A stretch of DNA of 64,000 nt from an uncultured delta proteobacterium (GTDB taxonomy: Bacteria > Desulfobacterota > Binatia > Binatales > Binataceae), in the NCBI GenBank assembly GCA_963765675.1, contig CAVXXK010000001.1, forward strand, positions 2,304,001-2,368,000, in the 5' to 3' direction. Both the position numbers and the translations under genes were made by a program. This document shows positions 40,465-51,402 of the stretch, piece by piece. Each line of letters opens with the position of its first letter. The first letter of the stretch is position 1. Under the pieces are notes generated by a model. It was not told the DNA's origin. It did no database searches and was given only the letters and a program-made list of their open reading frames with translations.

Positions 40465-42991
40465 ATGGCCGAAGACATCGCACCCGCCGGTCCTGTAATC
40501 CCAATCGAGCCGAAAGCGGCAGAAGCCGCCGCGGAGCTCCGTCCGGCGGAGCTCCGCGCCAGCGTTGCGATCGACGGCGCCGAACTTAAACGCGCCGCGG
40601 AGACTGACGGTGATGCGGAGCTGCTCGGGCAGAGCCGCGCGATCGACGCGATCAAGCTCGCGATCGGAATCGACGCGCCGGGCTACAACGTGTACGTGAG
40701 CGGACTGCGTACCCGGATCGAGCGCGACACCGTGCTGGCGCTGCTGGCGGAAAAAGCCGCCACGATACCGACGCCGGGCGACTGGGTTTACGTCAACAAT
40801 TTTCGCAACCCCGAGTCTCCGAGCGCGATCTATCTGCGCGCAGGGCAGGGGCGCGATCTCGCGCAGCGGATGCACGATCTGGTCGCGCTGATCGTCGAGC
40901 AATTACCCAAGGCCTTCCGACGCGAGGATTTTGATCAGGAGCGCACGGCTTTGCGCGACAAGTACAATCAGCGCGCGCAGGAGCTGTTCAAGCAAATCGA
41001 GACTCGCGCGCGCGAGCGCGGCTTCGCGCTCCAGGGCGGCCCCGGCGGCCAGGTTATCTTCATCCCGCTGATCGAGGGCAAGGTTCCCGAATCCCCCGAG
41101 GTGCTGCAAAAAGCGATGAGCGCCAAGACCGACGCCGAGCGCGAGCAGATGATGCGCGCGCAGGCCGAGCTCGAAAACGAATTCAGCGGACTGGTTGGCC
41201 GCCAGCAGGAGCTGATGCGCGACCTGGTCGACGATATCCGCGCGATCGAGCGCGCGTTCGCCGCCAAGCTCATCATCCCCTCGGTCGAAGACTTAAAGCG
41301 CCACTTTAATAATCCCGGAGTGACGGGATACCTCGACCAGGTCGCCGATCACATGCTCTCGCATCTGGATCGCTTCCGCGAAGCTGGCGCCACAGCAGCC
41401 GGGCGCCGAGCCGCAGCCGCCCACGCCCGAGGACGGACCGCGATGGTTCGAGTACCAGGTCAACGTCATGGTCGATAACTCGACCACCCAGGGAGCGCCG
41501 GTGGTGAGCGAGGACGCGCCGAATTATCGCAACCTGTTCGGCACGATCGAGCGGTGGATCGATCCGCTGGGGCGCTCGGGCACCAACTTCACCCGGATTA
41601 TCGGCGGGTCGTTTTTGAAATCGCACGGCGGCTTCCTGGTCCTGGACCTCGACGACGCGGTGGTCGAGCCGGGGGTGTGGAAGACACTCAAGCGCAGCCT
41701 CAAGTCCGGGCGCATGACGCTCGAGACGTTTGAGCCGCTGCCGTTTTTCTCGATGAGCGGGCTCAAGCCCGAGCCGATCGAGGTGCACACCAAGCTGGTG
41801 GTTCTGGGCGGCGCGTATCTCTACAACATGCTCTATTTCTACGACTCGGAGTTTTCGGACCTGTTCAAGGTCAAGGCCGAGATGCGCCCGTCGATCGACG
41901 CGGACGCGAGCGCCGCGCGCCACTACGCCGGCCACGTGGGCTCGCTTGCCCGGCGCGAGAACCTGCCGCCGTTCTCCGGCGACGCGCTGCGCAAAATCGT
42001 CGAGTTCGGGATGCGCCAGGCGGGCGACCGCACCCGGGTGCTCGCGATGCTCGAGCCGATCGACGATCTGGCGCGCGAGTCCGCCTACTTCGCGCGCGCC
42101 GACCACGCCACCGAGGTCTCGGGCGCGCACGTCGAACGCGCGCTGGCGGAGCGGGTGCTGCGGCTTAATCATATCGAAGAGGAAATCCGCCGGATGATCG
42201 CGCGCGGCACCCTGGTGGTGCAGATCACGGGCAAAGCCGTCGGACAGATAAATGGGCTCGCCGTGATCGACGTCGGCGGCTATGCGTTCGGCCGCCCCTC
42301 GCGCGTGACCGCGACCGTCGCGCTGGGACAGGCGGGCCTTATCAATATCGAGCGCGAGGCGCGCCTGTCGGGCTCGACCCACGACAAGGGAATCATGATC
42401 CTCTCGGGGTTTCTGCGCGCGCGATTCGGCCAGGCGCATCCGCTGGCGATGACCGCGTCGATCGCGTTCGAGCAATCGTATTCCGGAATCGACGGCGACA
42501 GCGCCAGCTCGACCGAGCTCTACGCGCTACTCTCGGCGCTCTCGGGCGTGCCGATCCGGCAGGATCTCGCGGTGACGGGATCGGTCGACCAACACGGCCA
42601 TGTGCAGGCGATTGGCGGCGCCAACGAGAAAATTGAAGGCTACTACCGCGTCTGCAAGGCGATCGGGATGACCGGGACGCAGGGCGTGATGGTGCCGAAG
42701 ACCAACGTCGAGAACCTGATGCTCGAGCCTGAGACGGTCGCGGCGGTCGAGCGCGGCGAATTCCACATCTATGCGATCGACACGATCGATCACGGGATCG
42801 AGTTGCTAACCGGCGTGCGCGCGGGCACCGTCGATGAGCCCGGAACGATCAACTACTTGGTCGATCAACGCCTGCGAGCGATGGCCGACGTGCTGCGCAA
42901 CTCGGGCAATCGCGAGACGCGCGTCGTGCATGAAGTCGATAGCACGCCGCCGGCGCCCAAGCCGCCCTCGCCTCCGGAGCCGCCGCGCTGA
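40465..42991 (+). CDS. LonC/LonB-like protease (AAA-like plus Lon protease domain) with one +1 frameshift near 41381
   Basis: LLGQSRA, DWVYVNNF, FEYQVNVMVDN across the shift, VGQINGL, EQSYSGIDGDSAS (Ser), IGGANEKIEG (Lys). Confidence 0.88.
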
Positions 42992-43012
42992 GCGCGCGCG
43001 GGAGCGGTCGCG

Positions 43013-44416
43013 ATGCCAATCGACCTGCGGCTCGAGGCGGGCGAAGTCGCGCTGTGCACCGACCTGTATGAGCTGACCGTCAGCGCCGCGTTTTTCGAGC
43101 ACTCGATGAACGAGCAGGCCGCGTTCGAGATGGCGCTGCGGCGGATGCCGCCGAACCGCGGCTACATGATCGCGGCGGGAGTCGAGCGGCTGCTTGAAGC
43201 GCTCGAGGCCTACCACTTCGACGCGGCGGCGATCGCGTATCTCGAAACGCTTAAAATTTTCAAACCCGCGTTCCTGGATTATCTCGCCGGCTTTCGCTTC
43301 AGCGGAGAGGTGCGCGCGCTTCCGGAGGGAACGATCTTTTTCGCCGGAGAACCGATCCTCGAGATTCACGCGCCCCTGATCGAAGGACAGATCGTAGAGA
43401 CGCTCGCGCTGAATCAGGTCGGATTCGCCACGATGGCGGCGACCAAGGCCGCGCGATGCGTCGGCGCGGCGCAGGGTAGGCGCGCGATCGACTTCGGCGC
43501 GCGGCGCGCGCAGGGCGCGGACGCGGCCCTGATCGCGGCGCGCTCGAGCTACCTTGCCGGCTTCGCCGGGACCGCCAGCGTCCTCGCGGGGCAGCGCTAC
43601 GGAATTCCGGTGTTCGGCACGATGAGCCACAGCTTCGTGATGGCGCATGAGAGTGAGCGCGCGGCGTTCGAGAATTTCGCCGCGAGCTTTTCGGCTCCGG
43701 CGACGATCCTGGTCGACACCTACGACACGGCGCGCGGAGTCGAGAACGCCGCCGCGCTTGGCGTGAAGCTGCGCGAGTCGGGCGCGAAGCTGGCCGGAGT
43801 CAGACTCGACAGCGGGAACCTGGGCGCGCTCGCATTGCGCGCGCGCAAAATTCTCGATCAGCACGGCCTGAACGAGACCGCGATTTTCGCCAGCGGCAAC
43901 CTCGACGAATACAAAATCGAAGAGCTGCTCGCTGCGAAAGCGCCGATCGACGCCTTCGGAGTCGGCACCGCGCTCGCGGTCAGCGACGATGCTCCGGCCG
44001 GCGACTTTACTTACAAGCTGGTCGAGTATCGGGGGCAGCCGCGCCTCAAGCTGTCGGCGGGCAAGGCCTCGGCGCCCGGGCGCAAACAAATCTTCCGCGC
44101 GTGCAGCAGCACGGGCGAATACGCCGGCGACCTGATCGGAGCGATTGACGAAAGTCCGGGGACGGTCGCCCGGGTGATGAAAATGTCCGAAGCGCGGGTT
44201 CTGCCGATGCTCGAGATCCAGATGGAGCGCGGTGTGCGAAAGATGCCGCGGCCCGAGTTGAACGACAGCCGCGCGCGAGTTGCCGCCGCGATAGCGAAGC
44301 TCGATCCGCGCTGCCGGATGATTCGCAAGCCCTCGGAGTATCCGGTGCGCACCAGCGCCGCAATAAACGCGATGGTAATAACCGAAAAAGTCCGCGCCGA
44401 CCATCGGCAGGAATAA
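43013..44416 (+). CDS. pncB: Nicotinate phosphoribosyltransferase
   Basis: TDLYELT, DFGARRAQG, GTMSHS, LVDTYD, VRLDSG, FGVGT. Confidence 0.95.
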   Translation: MPIDLRLEAGEVALCTDLYELTVSAAFFEHSMNEQAAFEMALRRMPPNRGYMIAAGVERLLEALEAYHFDAAAIAYLETLKIFKPAFLDYLAGFRFSGEVRALPEGTIFFAGEPILEIHAPLIEGQIVETLALNQVGFATMAATKAARCVGAAQGRRAIDFGARRAQGADAALIAARSSYLAGFAGTASVLAGQRYGIPVFGTMSHSFVMAHESERAAFENFAASFSAPATILVDTYDTARGVENAAALGVKLRESGAKLAGVRLDSGNLGALALRARKILDQHGLNETAIFASGNLDEYKIEELLAAKAPIDAFGVGTALAVSDDAPAGDFTYKLVEYRGQPRLKLSAGKASAPGRKQIFRACSSTGEYAGDLIGAIDESPGTVARVMKMSEARVLPMLEIQMERGVRKMPRPELNDSRARVAAAIAKLDPRCRMIRKPSEYPVRTSAAINAMVITEKVRADHRQE

Positions 44417-44522
44417 CGCCAGTGGAGCATCCGCCAGTGGATGCCGACGGCCCGTCGGCCGACGCGAAGCGCCATCTTTCAGCATGGCGCGCAGCGCCGC
44501 GCGATTAAAAGAGCAGAGCAGC

Positions 44523-44880
44523 ACCCTCACCCACGCGTCACGATGCTTGCGAAAAAAAACGCAAGCATCGCGCCGCGTCGCCTCTCCCGGCGGGAGAGGG
44601 TATGAGCACAGGACCGCGTCGCCATATGCTGGTGGCATCTCCCGGAGGGAGAGGATATCAGCAGGATCCTTCGCGCGATCATCGCCATGCGAAGACGGGC
44701 GCGTCGCGACGCGCCCCTACGAATCAAATGCGATTCCGCTGCAGGCGCGACGCGTCACGCTAGAAACGGGCCGGGCATCAAGCGGCACCGGCTTCAGCCG
44801 GTGCGGAGCACAGGCTAAAGCCGGTGCCACCAAGACTCGGATGACCTTTCTTCTTAGGGGCGGCTCGGGAGCCGCCCGTC
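44523..44880. repeat. Cluster of several different REP-like palindromes
   Basis: CCCTCACCC...CCTCTCCCGGCGGGAGAGGG; GGGCGCGTCGCGACGCGCCCCTAC; GCACCGGCTTCAGCC...GGCTAAAGCCGGTGC; GGGCGGCTCGGGAGCCGCCC. Confidence 0.7.
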
Positions 44881-44915
44881 TTCGCGAGCCTGTACCTCAC
44901 CGCCAAGCTTCTTCG

Positions 44916-47079
44916 TCACTTCGCGGCGGGCCAGAACGATTCCGTGCGCTCGGGCGGTGGCGAAGACTTCAGATGGTCTGCGGCGGCCTCCAGAGCGGCC
45001 GGTGTGAACACGAAAACGAAACGCATCTGATCGTCGTCAGGATATTTTTTTCCGCTCGGCCATAGCGTTGGAAACGGCGCGAAGATTTTCGACGCGCAGC
45101 CGCTATATCGCTCCGCAAGCGGCCGCAGAGCGCCATAGCTGCCAGCCAGCACTATCGCGACGTGAGCGGAGTCAATCGGCGCCACGGTAAAGTCGCGGTA
45201 GTGGTAGAGTCCGGACTGGATGATCCAGTCGGTGGGCAGCATGCCCGCCGCTCCCAGCGCCGCCGGGGAGAGCGACCGCAGCTCCCGCCCGTCGCGGAAC
45301 CATCGTGCCAGCGCCTCGACCAGGATATCGGCTCTGAGAGCGACCGCGCGCGTCTCGAGGCTGGCGACGCTCAGCCTTGCGTACGGCGCCAAAGCATCAG
45401 GCGGTATCTGGTAGACCTGCGCGCCGCCGGTGGCGATAAGATGCAATCCGAGCGGATCGATCGCGCTCCGCCAGCTTTTCAGATCAGGATCGGTGTCGTC
45501 GATTACGATCGCGCCGATCTGATGCTGCGCGGCGAAAGCCATAATCTGTTGCGGCGCCTCGGGGAGGTCGATCGCGCCGAGAAAAAGCCTCACCGCCGGA
45601 AAGCTCTTGAAGCTCGGCGGAACAATTGAGGTATAGCCGCTCGCCATTCGAAAGCCCATGTTCGCGGTGGTTTGCCAGAGCATCGAAGTGCCGTTTCGTT
45701 CGTACGGTAGCGGAAGGATTATTTCGTTTGGCGAGATCACCGAACGCCACGAGCCGTCGGTGAACATCGCCGGTTGCTGCACGGCGGTGGTCCAGAATCC
45801 GGCGTCGAACCGCGGCAGCATCATGACGAGGATCGCGACGGCTGCGGCCGCTTTGAGCGCTACGCTCGCGCCGACTCGACGCGAACCACAAAGCGGCGAT
45901 AATCGCGAGGATCAGAAACCCGTACATCGCAAATCGAACTGGCAATGCGTTCGCGATCAGCGGTGCGTGGGTCGCGAGCCACCACGGCATCGGCAGCACC
46001 GGTCTGCCCGCTATCAGAAGTGCAGGGCCGAGCATGGCGAGCACGATAGCGGCGAATGAAAAGAGCGCAATCCTCGTTGCCGGCGCTATCCAGTTGCGTC
46101 GGCAATACGCGCCTGCGACCAGAAGCAAGGGAATCCCGAAGCAGGCGCCGTGCTCGATCCAGAATCCGGCGAAATGTTCGCTGACTGCACGCATCGGCGC
46201 GAGGTTGCCGAGCCAGTTGAAGCGCTCCGGGACGACCAGGTTCAAAATGTCCGCCGAATAGAGGCTGGGCGGATAGATCGCTTCGCGCGGCGCTCCTGCC
46301 GAGAGCATCGCGTACAAATACGGCGAAAGGATCGCGATCGCGATGGCGAGAGCGACGGCGCTGGGCGCGATCATCCCCAGCAGACGGGAACGCTCGGGCG
46401 AAACGCGCAGCGCGATCGCGAATGCGATCACTGCGAACATCACGCTGGTTGCAAAGATCTCGGGGAAGCACAAAAACTGCACGGCCATGAGCGCGGCAAT
46501 CGCGGCCACGTAGGTGCGCGTGCGAGTCTCACCCGCGAGATATTTCAGCACCACGAGTATTGCCAGCGGTACTGGAAAGACCATTGCCAAATCGATATGC
46601 GCGAGAAGCTGGCCGAGCATGTAGGGCGAAAATCCGAATATCAGTCCTCCCAGAATCGACGGCCAGAATTTGCCCGTGATCCATCGGCATAGGATGTACG
46701 CGCAAAACGCCGCAGCCGGAGGTGCCGTGAGGCACAAGAGATTGTACGCTGCGACCGGCCCGAACAAATTAGTAATCGGTGCGGCGACAAGTGCCGGCAG
46801 CGGTATAGGCGTCGCCCAGGCAAGGCTGGTGCCCGCGGGCGCCCACAAGAGATTGGTAAATAACGGATTGAGATGCTTACTCAGCGCGTACGGCCACCAC
46901 GCGAGGAACCAGAAGAATGCGGACGGATCAGTGCTGATGCCGGTGCCGATAAAGTGGGTAGTCAATCCGGCGCTCAGCCCGCGTCCGAAAATCAGGTACG
47001 AAATCAGGCAAAAGATTGCCGCGGCAAGCGCACCGCGCGCGATAGAGAGCGAAACCGCAATACGAAAGCGTCCTCTCAT
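44916..47079 (-). CDS. Polytopic membrane protein, probable GT-C (YfhO-like) glycosyltransferase; one +1 frameshift near 45870
   Basis: TDPSAFFW..AWWP, LFGPVAAYNL, GGLIFGFSPY, ALPVRFAMY; the +1 frame joins the 44916..45824 ORF. Confidence 0.7.
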
Positions 47080-47088
47080 GGCTAGTGC

Positions 47089-48687
47089 TCAATCCGCATC
47101 ATGCGACGCGCGCACCAGGCTGGTTTTCCTTCGAAATACCTCGAAGTACTCTCCTTTCCATTCGGGTTCGAAAGCATTCAAAGCGCTTCTAAGCAAGGGA
47201 TTGTTCGGCACCCCTTTGCAGGGCGAGTGGATTCCAATCGGCACCAGCACCAGTGTCGCCTTATCAAGTTGATTTAGCTTGCGATTCACTTCGCTTGGAC
47301 GCATAAGGCCGGGCAGAAGATAAAGCGAAGTAGGAGGTGCAAACCCTGGCACCATCAATTCGACGGCGCCGTTGATGTCGAGAACAACTGTGGACTTGTC
47401 GTGAACTAGATTGAGCGCCTTATTCCATTCAGCCATTTCGGCGGGCGAGGTCCAAACCTGCCCAGTCGCCGCGTACCTGCGATCGGTTGTCCAATGACGA
47501 TTGACTGACCAGGTTCTATACGCCCACACAACCAGCCCAAGCGCACAAAGCACGATGCCTGCACGCCTGCCGATCGGCGAAATACCGACTGCGATAGCGC
47601 TTCCCAACACCAAGAGATAAGCGTAGTAAAACCATGACCACTGGTTACCAAATAGAACCGTGATGAACAGCACATGCAGAACCGCGCAAGTTACTATTAG
47701 CTCTGACTGGCGGAACTGCAGCGACAGCTCGTCTCTTCCGAGATCTCGAATCCACCGTGCGGCCGCAAACGGCGCAACGCTGATCAAAAAAAGCGTCGCC
47801 GCAGTCCAAAACGCTGTCATTTCAAGGAAGTATGCGAGCCACGGAATGTTGCCAATATCCCAAAACCCACGGCCCGATCCCCCAAAAAAACCGAAGCCAA
47901 GAGCCTGATAGTTACGGAAGCCTTCAATCGGGAACAACGTCTTCAAAAGGCTAGAAGGCCCATACTGATACCCGAGGACCAGCGCGAGAGTAAGGCCTGT
48001 TACGGCAGCGGGGATGAATGCGCGAATCCAGCCGCGTAAAGGCATTTTTGAGCGCAGTAGATCGACCGCAATCAGGACTGTGAGAATGAGGCCGTAAAAG
48101 TACGCCATACTAGGCTTGGCGAAAGTCGCAGCCGTCGCAAATGCCAAAGCTGTGCGAGGTTTGCCGTGAGCCTGCTCCGCTAGCGCCAAGGTTAAAAGAA
48201 CCTGTTCTGTCGCCTCGGCAAGCGATGGGTAACTTGCCTGTATGATTAATCCAAGCGCGATGACAAGTAGCGCTATTCCTATCGCGCCGATCCGGAGTCG
48301 AGTAACCACAGCGGCGATGCCAGCCGCCATTAGTATGTCACATAGGAGAATCAGCGTCTGGTACGCGAATGGGGTTGTGCCAAATAGTCCGAACCAGAGC
48401 TTTCCCACGAAAAGTGGTAGTAAACCGTAGGCATAGCCAAAGTCGATCGCAGGTCGTAGGCCGTGCGAAACCAGAAATTGAACGGTCAGGTTAGCCCCTT
48501 GATCGCCGAAGCCGAAGTTATCGAGGCTTAGATCGAGCGGAAGCCATCCGATCCAATACACAATTACTTCAGCCGAAAAGACTAGACATAGGAGTAGTAC
48601 TTGATATCGATCGACGCTCCCGCGATCGCGTTCAATTGTGTTTGAATGATTCGCCGGCAGGTCTGATGCGTAGCTCTGGGTATTCAT
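47089..48687 (-). CDS. Polytopic membrane protein, possible GT-C glycosyltransferase, visibly lower GC
   Basis: GDQGANL..., GLRPAIDFGYAYGLL loop, many TM segments, FAKPS. Confidence 0.6.
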   Translation of the reverse strand: MNTQSYASDLPANHSNTIERDRGSVDRYQVLLLCLVFSAEVIVYWIGWLPLDLSLDNFGFGDQGANLTVQFLVSHGLRPAIDFGYAYGLLPLFVGKLWFGLFGTTPFAYQTLILLCDILMAAGIAAVVTRLRIGAIGIALLVIALGLIIQASYPSLAEATEQVLLTLALAEQAHGKPRTALAFATAATFAKPSMAYFYGLILTVLIAVDLLRSKMPLRGWIRAFIPAAVTGLTLALVLGYQYGPSSLLKTLFPIEGFRNYQALGFGFFGGSGRGFWDIGNIPWLAYFLEMTAFWTAATLFLISVAPFAAARWIRDLGRDELSLQFRQSELIVTCAVLHVLFITVLFGNQWSWFYYAYLLVLGSAIAVGISPIGRRAGIVLCALGLVVWAYRTWSVNRHWTTDRRYAATGQVWTSPAEMAEWNKALNLVHDKSTVVLDINGAVELMVPGFAPPTSLYLLPGLMRPSEVNRKLNQLDKATLVLVPIGIHSPCKGVPNNPLLRSALNAFEPEWKGEYFEVFRRKTSLVRASHDAD

Positions 48688-48753
48688 ATTTCAGACGGTT
48701 GTTTTGGGGCGAAGCGTTATGGCTGTTTACTTCTGTGGATAGTCCAGTCTTGT

Positions 48754-50013
48754 TCAGTCAATCCAGTGCCATTGAGCGAAAAGCGCCGAGTGCCAGAAAA
48801 GCAAGGCGGCTGTGCAGAGGCACACCGCTTTAAGAGCACGCGGCCGACTCGCCAGCAAATCGGAGGCGGCGATGTACGCAGGAAAGACGTCAACCAAATA
48901 ACGGCTCATCGACGAAAAGCCGTAGCCGCCGCAAAGGCGAGTAGCTACGAGGAATGCGAATGAGACAGCCGCGAATAATAACTCCGGAATACTGAGTCGC
49001 GAGCGCACCGCAAATACAACAATGGCAAAGCCCGCAAATATCCACGGATCCAGCGTGTACGGAACCGGGATCATTCGAAACAGATCAGCGAAGCTTGCCA
49101 GTGAGTAGAATCCAGTCATCAGCGACCAGTGCGCGCCATGCGTCCATCCCGCCTGCGAAGCTATGAACGCAAGCGGCGCGTGAAACTTGAAGGCGAGATA
49201 GGCCATGTACGCGGCAAGTCCCGATCCCGCGATCGCGAGCGCCGCCGCAAGCTTCATCGCCGCCGCGCGGCTCCATCCCTGCCGAGGCCATGCGCAGTAT
49301 GCGATTGGCGCAAGCATCACGATTCCCGTCGGGCGCGTCGCCGTCAGGAGCCCGCACCATATCGCGGCGCTCAGGACCCGGCCGCGTTCGAGTTCCAGGA
49401 ATGCCGCCAGCGTGAGCAGCAGCGCGAGCGACTCGGCGTATCCGGCTGAGAGGAACAGCGAGGCCGGGAAGAAGCTCAGGATCGCCACAGCAGACAGCGC
49501 GATCTGAGACCCGTATTTGTCGCGAGCGTATTTATACAACAGCAAGACCGATGCGACCGCGCATAGATTCGCAACCACAAGCGCGGCGGTCGAATTCGCA
49601 AGCCCGGAGAGGCTCGCTACACCAAAAGACACCAGAGGATAGAGCGGAAAGAATGCTACATTTTGTTGAATCGATGAGCCCGGCAGAAAGCGGTATCCGT
49701 CGCGCATTATTTCTAGGTACCAGCCGGAGTCCCATCTGAGGAGGTAATGAAAGATGCTGCTGCCGGAATTCCAATCAGCCGCATGAAGGTTCAGTGGCAG
49801 GATTCTCGGGGACAGGGAAACGGCCAGAAGGATTATCAGGCGCGATACGCCGAAAATCGCGGCGGCGGACGCGTATTCATAAACCGCACGCTCGGAAATG
49901 CCGCTTACAGAGCCGATCGACAACGCGCGAGCCGCACCCGCGTGATTCGTCGCGCCGTCTGTCGAACCGTCCACCGCACTCCCCTCCCCGGCTCGTCGCG
50001 GCAAGTAGAGCAA
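48754..50013 (-). CDS. PIG-V/GT76-like mannosyltransferase (start uncertain)
   Basis: LLRWDSGWYLEI..GY, AFFPLYP, FLSAGYAESL, TRPTG, SMSRY. Confidence 0.85.
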   Translation of the reverse strand: MLYLPRRAGEGSAVDGSTDGATNHAGAARALSIGSVSGISERAVYEYASAAAIFGVSRLIILLAVSLSPRILPLNLHAADWNSGSSIFHYLLRWDSGWYLEIMRDGYRFLPGSSIQQNVAFFPLYPLVSFGVASLSGLANSTAALVVANLCAVASVLLLYKYARDKYGSQIALSAVAILSFFPASLFLSAGYAESLALLLTLAAFLELERGRVLSAAIWCGLLTATRPTGIVMLAPIAYCAWPRQGWSRAAAMKLAAALAIAGSGLAAYMAYLAFKFHAPLAFIASQAGWTHGAHWSLMTGFYSLASFADLFRMIPVPYTLDPWIFAGFAIVVFAVRSRLSIPELLFAAVSFAFLVATRLCGGYGFSSMSRYLVDVFPAYIAASDLLASRPRALKAVCLCTAALLFWHSALFAQWHWID

Positions 50014-50128
50014 GCGGCGTGCCGCTAAAAATCGCCTTTAATGGTTATTGTTGTTGCATCCCTGCAACTAGCCGCGCGCGCGCAGTGCTGCGACTTGCGC
50101 TGCTGCGCGGTGGGCGGATGAAAATCGA

Positions 50129-51205
50129 CTAATTTCCGGCAGGTGAGATCGCCGACGTGCCTGGCTCTACAAGCGCCGCGGCGGCGGCGCGGAGGTGGCG
50201 CTCGGTGGTCGGCCAGTCGATGCAGGGATCGGTGACCGAGACGCCGTACTTGAGCGAGGCGCGTCCGCCAGCGAGCGATTGGTTGCCCGCCTCGAGATTG
50301 CTTTCGAGCATCACGCCCATGATCGCGCGCGAGCCGCCGCTTATCTGGCCTATCAGCTCTTCGAGAACGGCGGGCTGGCGCCGATAGTCCTTGTTGGTCT
50401 GCGCGTGCGAGCAGTCCACGATCACGCGCGGCTCGAGATGGTGCCGTTCGAGCATCGCGACGCACTCGCCGATACTGCGCGAATCGAAATTAGGAATCCG
50501 TCCTCCGCGCAGGACCACATGGGTGTCGGGATTTCCCGTCGTGCGCACGACCGCGGCGGCGCCGTCCTGGGTGATGCCCAAAAAAGAATGCGGGCGGCGC
50601 GAGGACTCGACGCCGTTGATCGCGGCATCAAGGTTGCCCTCGGTCGTGTTTTTGAATCCCACCGGCATCGAGAGGCCGCTCGCCATCTCGCGATGCGTCT
50701 GCGACTCGGCGGTGCGCGCGCCGATCGCCGACCACGCGATCAGGTCGGCGATATATTGCGGCGTGATCGGATCGAGCATCTCGGTCGCCGCGGGAAGTCC
50801 GAGCCGGTTGATTTCGAGCAGGAGCTTGCGCGCGATGCGAAGCCCTTCGCCCATCGCGCAGGAGTCGTCCATGTGCGGGTCGTTGATAAGCCCCTTCCAT
50901 CCGACCGTCGTGCGCGGCTTTTCGAAATAGACCCGCATGATTATGCAGAGCTGCGATGAGAGTTCGCGCCGCAGAGCGGCCAAGCGCCGGGCGTATTCGA
51001 GCGCGGCATCGGGATCGTGAATCGAACATGGCCCGACGATACAGATAGTGCGAAGATCGCGTCCGGCAAGCGCGGCGCGTACCGCCTCGCGCGCCTCGAC
51101 GACGGTCTTTACGATCGCGGCGTCAACCGGTAGTTCGTCCTTAAGCAGCCTTGGCGCGATGAGCGCTTCGTTGCCGAGAACGTGTAAGTCCTGAATTCGA
51201 TGCAT
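50129..51205 (-). CDS. DAHP synthase, class I-alpha (AroG/F/H type)
   Basis: VGPCSIHD, MRVYFEKPRTTVGWKG, IGARTAESQTHRE, DCSH, YGVSVTDPCI. Confidence 0.95.
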   Translation of the reverse strand: MHRIQDLHVLGNEALIAPRLLKDELPVDAAIVKTVVEAREAVRAALAGRDLRTICIVGPCSIHDPDAALEYARRLAALRRELSSQLCIIMRVYFEKPRTTVGWKGLINDPHMDDSCAMGEGLRIARKLLLEINRLGLPAATEMLDPITPQYIADLIAWSAIGARTAESQTHREMASGLSMPVGFKNTTEGNLDAAINGVESSRRPHSFLGITQDGAAAVVRTTGNPDTHVVLRGGRIPNFDSRSIGECVAMLERHHLEPRVIVDCSHAQTNKDYRRQPAVLEELIGQISGGSRAIMGVMLESNLEAGNQSLAGGRASLKYGVSVTDPCIDWPTTERHLRAAAAALVEPGTSAISPAGN

Positions 51206-51402
51206 AGTCAGACCAATAAGTATTAGCGGAATCCGGCGGGACAACATAGCAGCCGCTGTTCGGTGGCGGCAGGAACAACTTGCCGCGGACCAATCGCAGG
51301 TTTAGTCTCGGTTTATTGGGCTCGCGCGCGCAACGAATTTGATCCGCGCGTCAGGCATTGGCACGACGGCTTTTGCTCCGTTCGACTCGCTCGATTGCTC
51401 GC

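Noticed and set aside
44484-45065. 193-aa ORF or CRISPR array in the palindromic spacer
   Set aside because: The ORF merely crosses non-coding palindromes; the repeats are non-identical and irregularly spaced, and there are no cas genes
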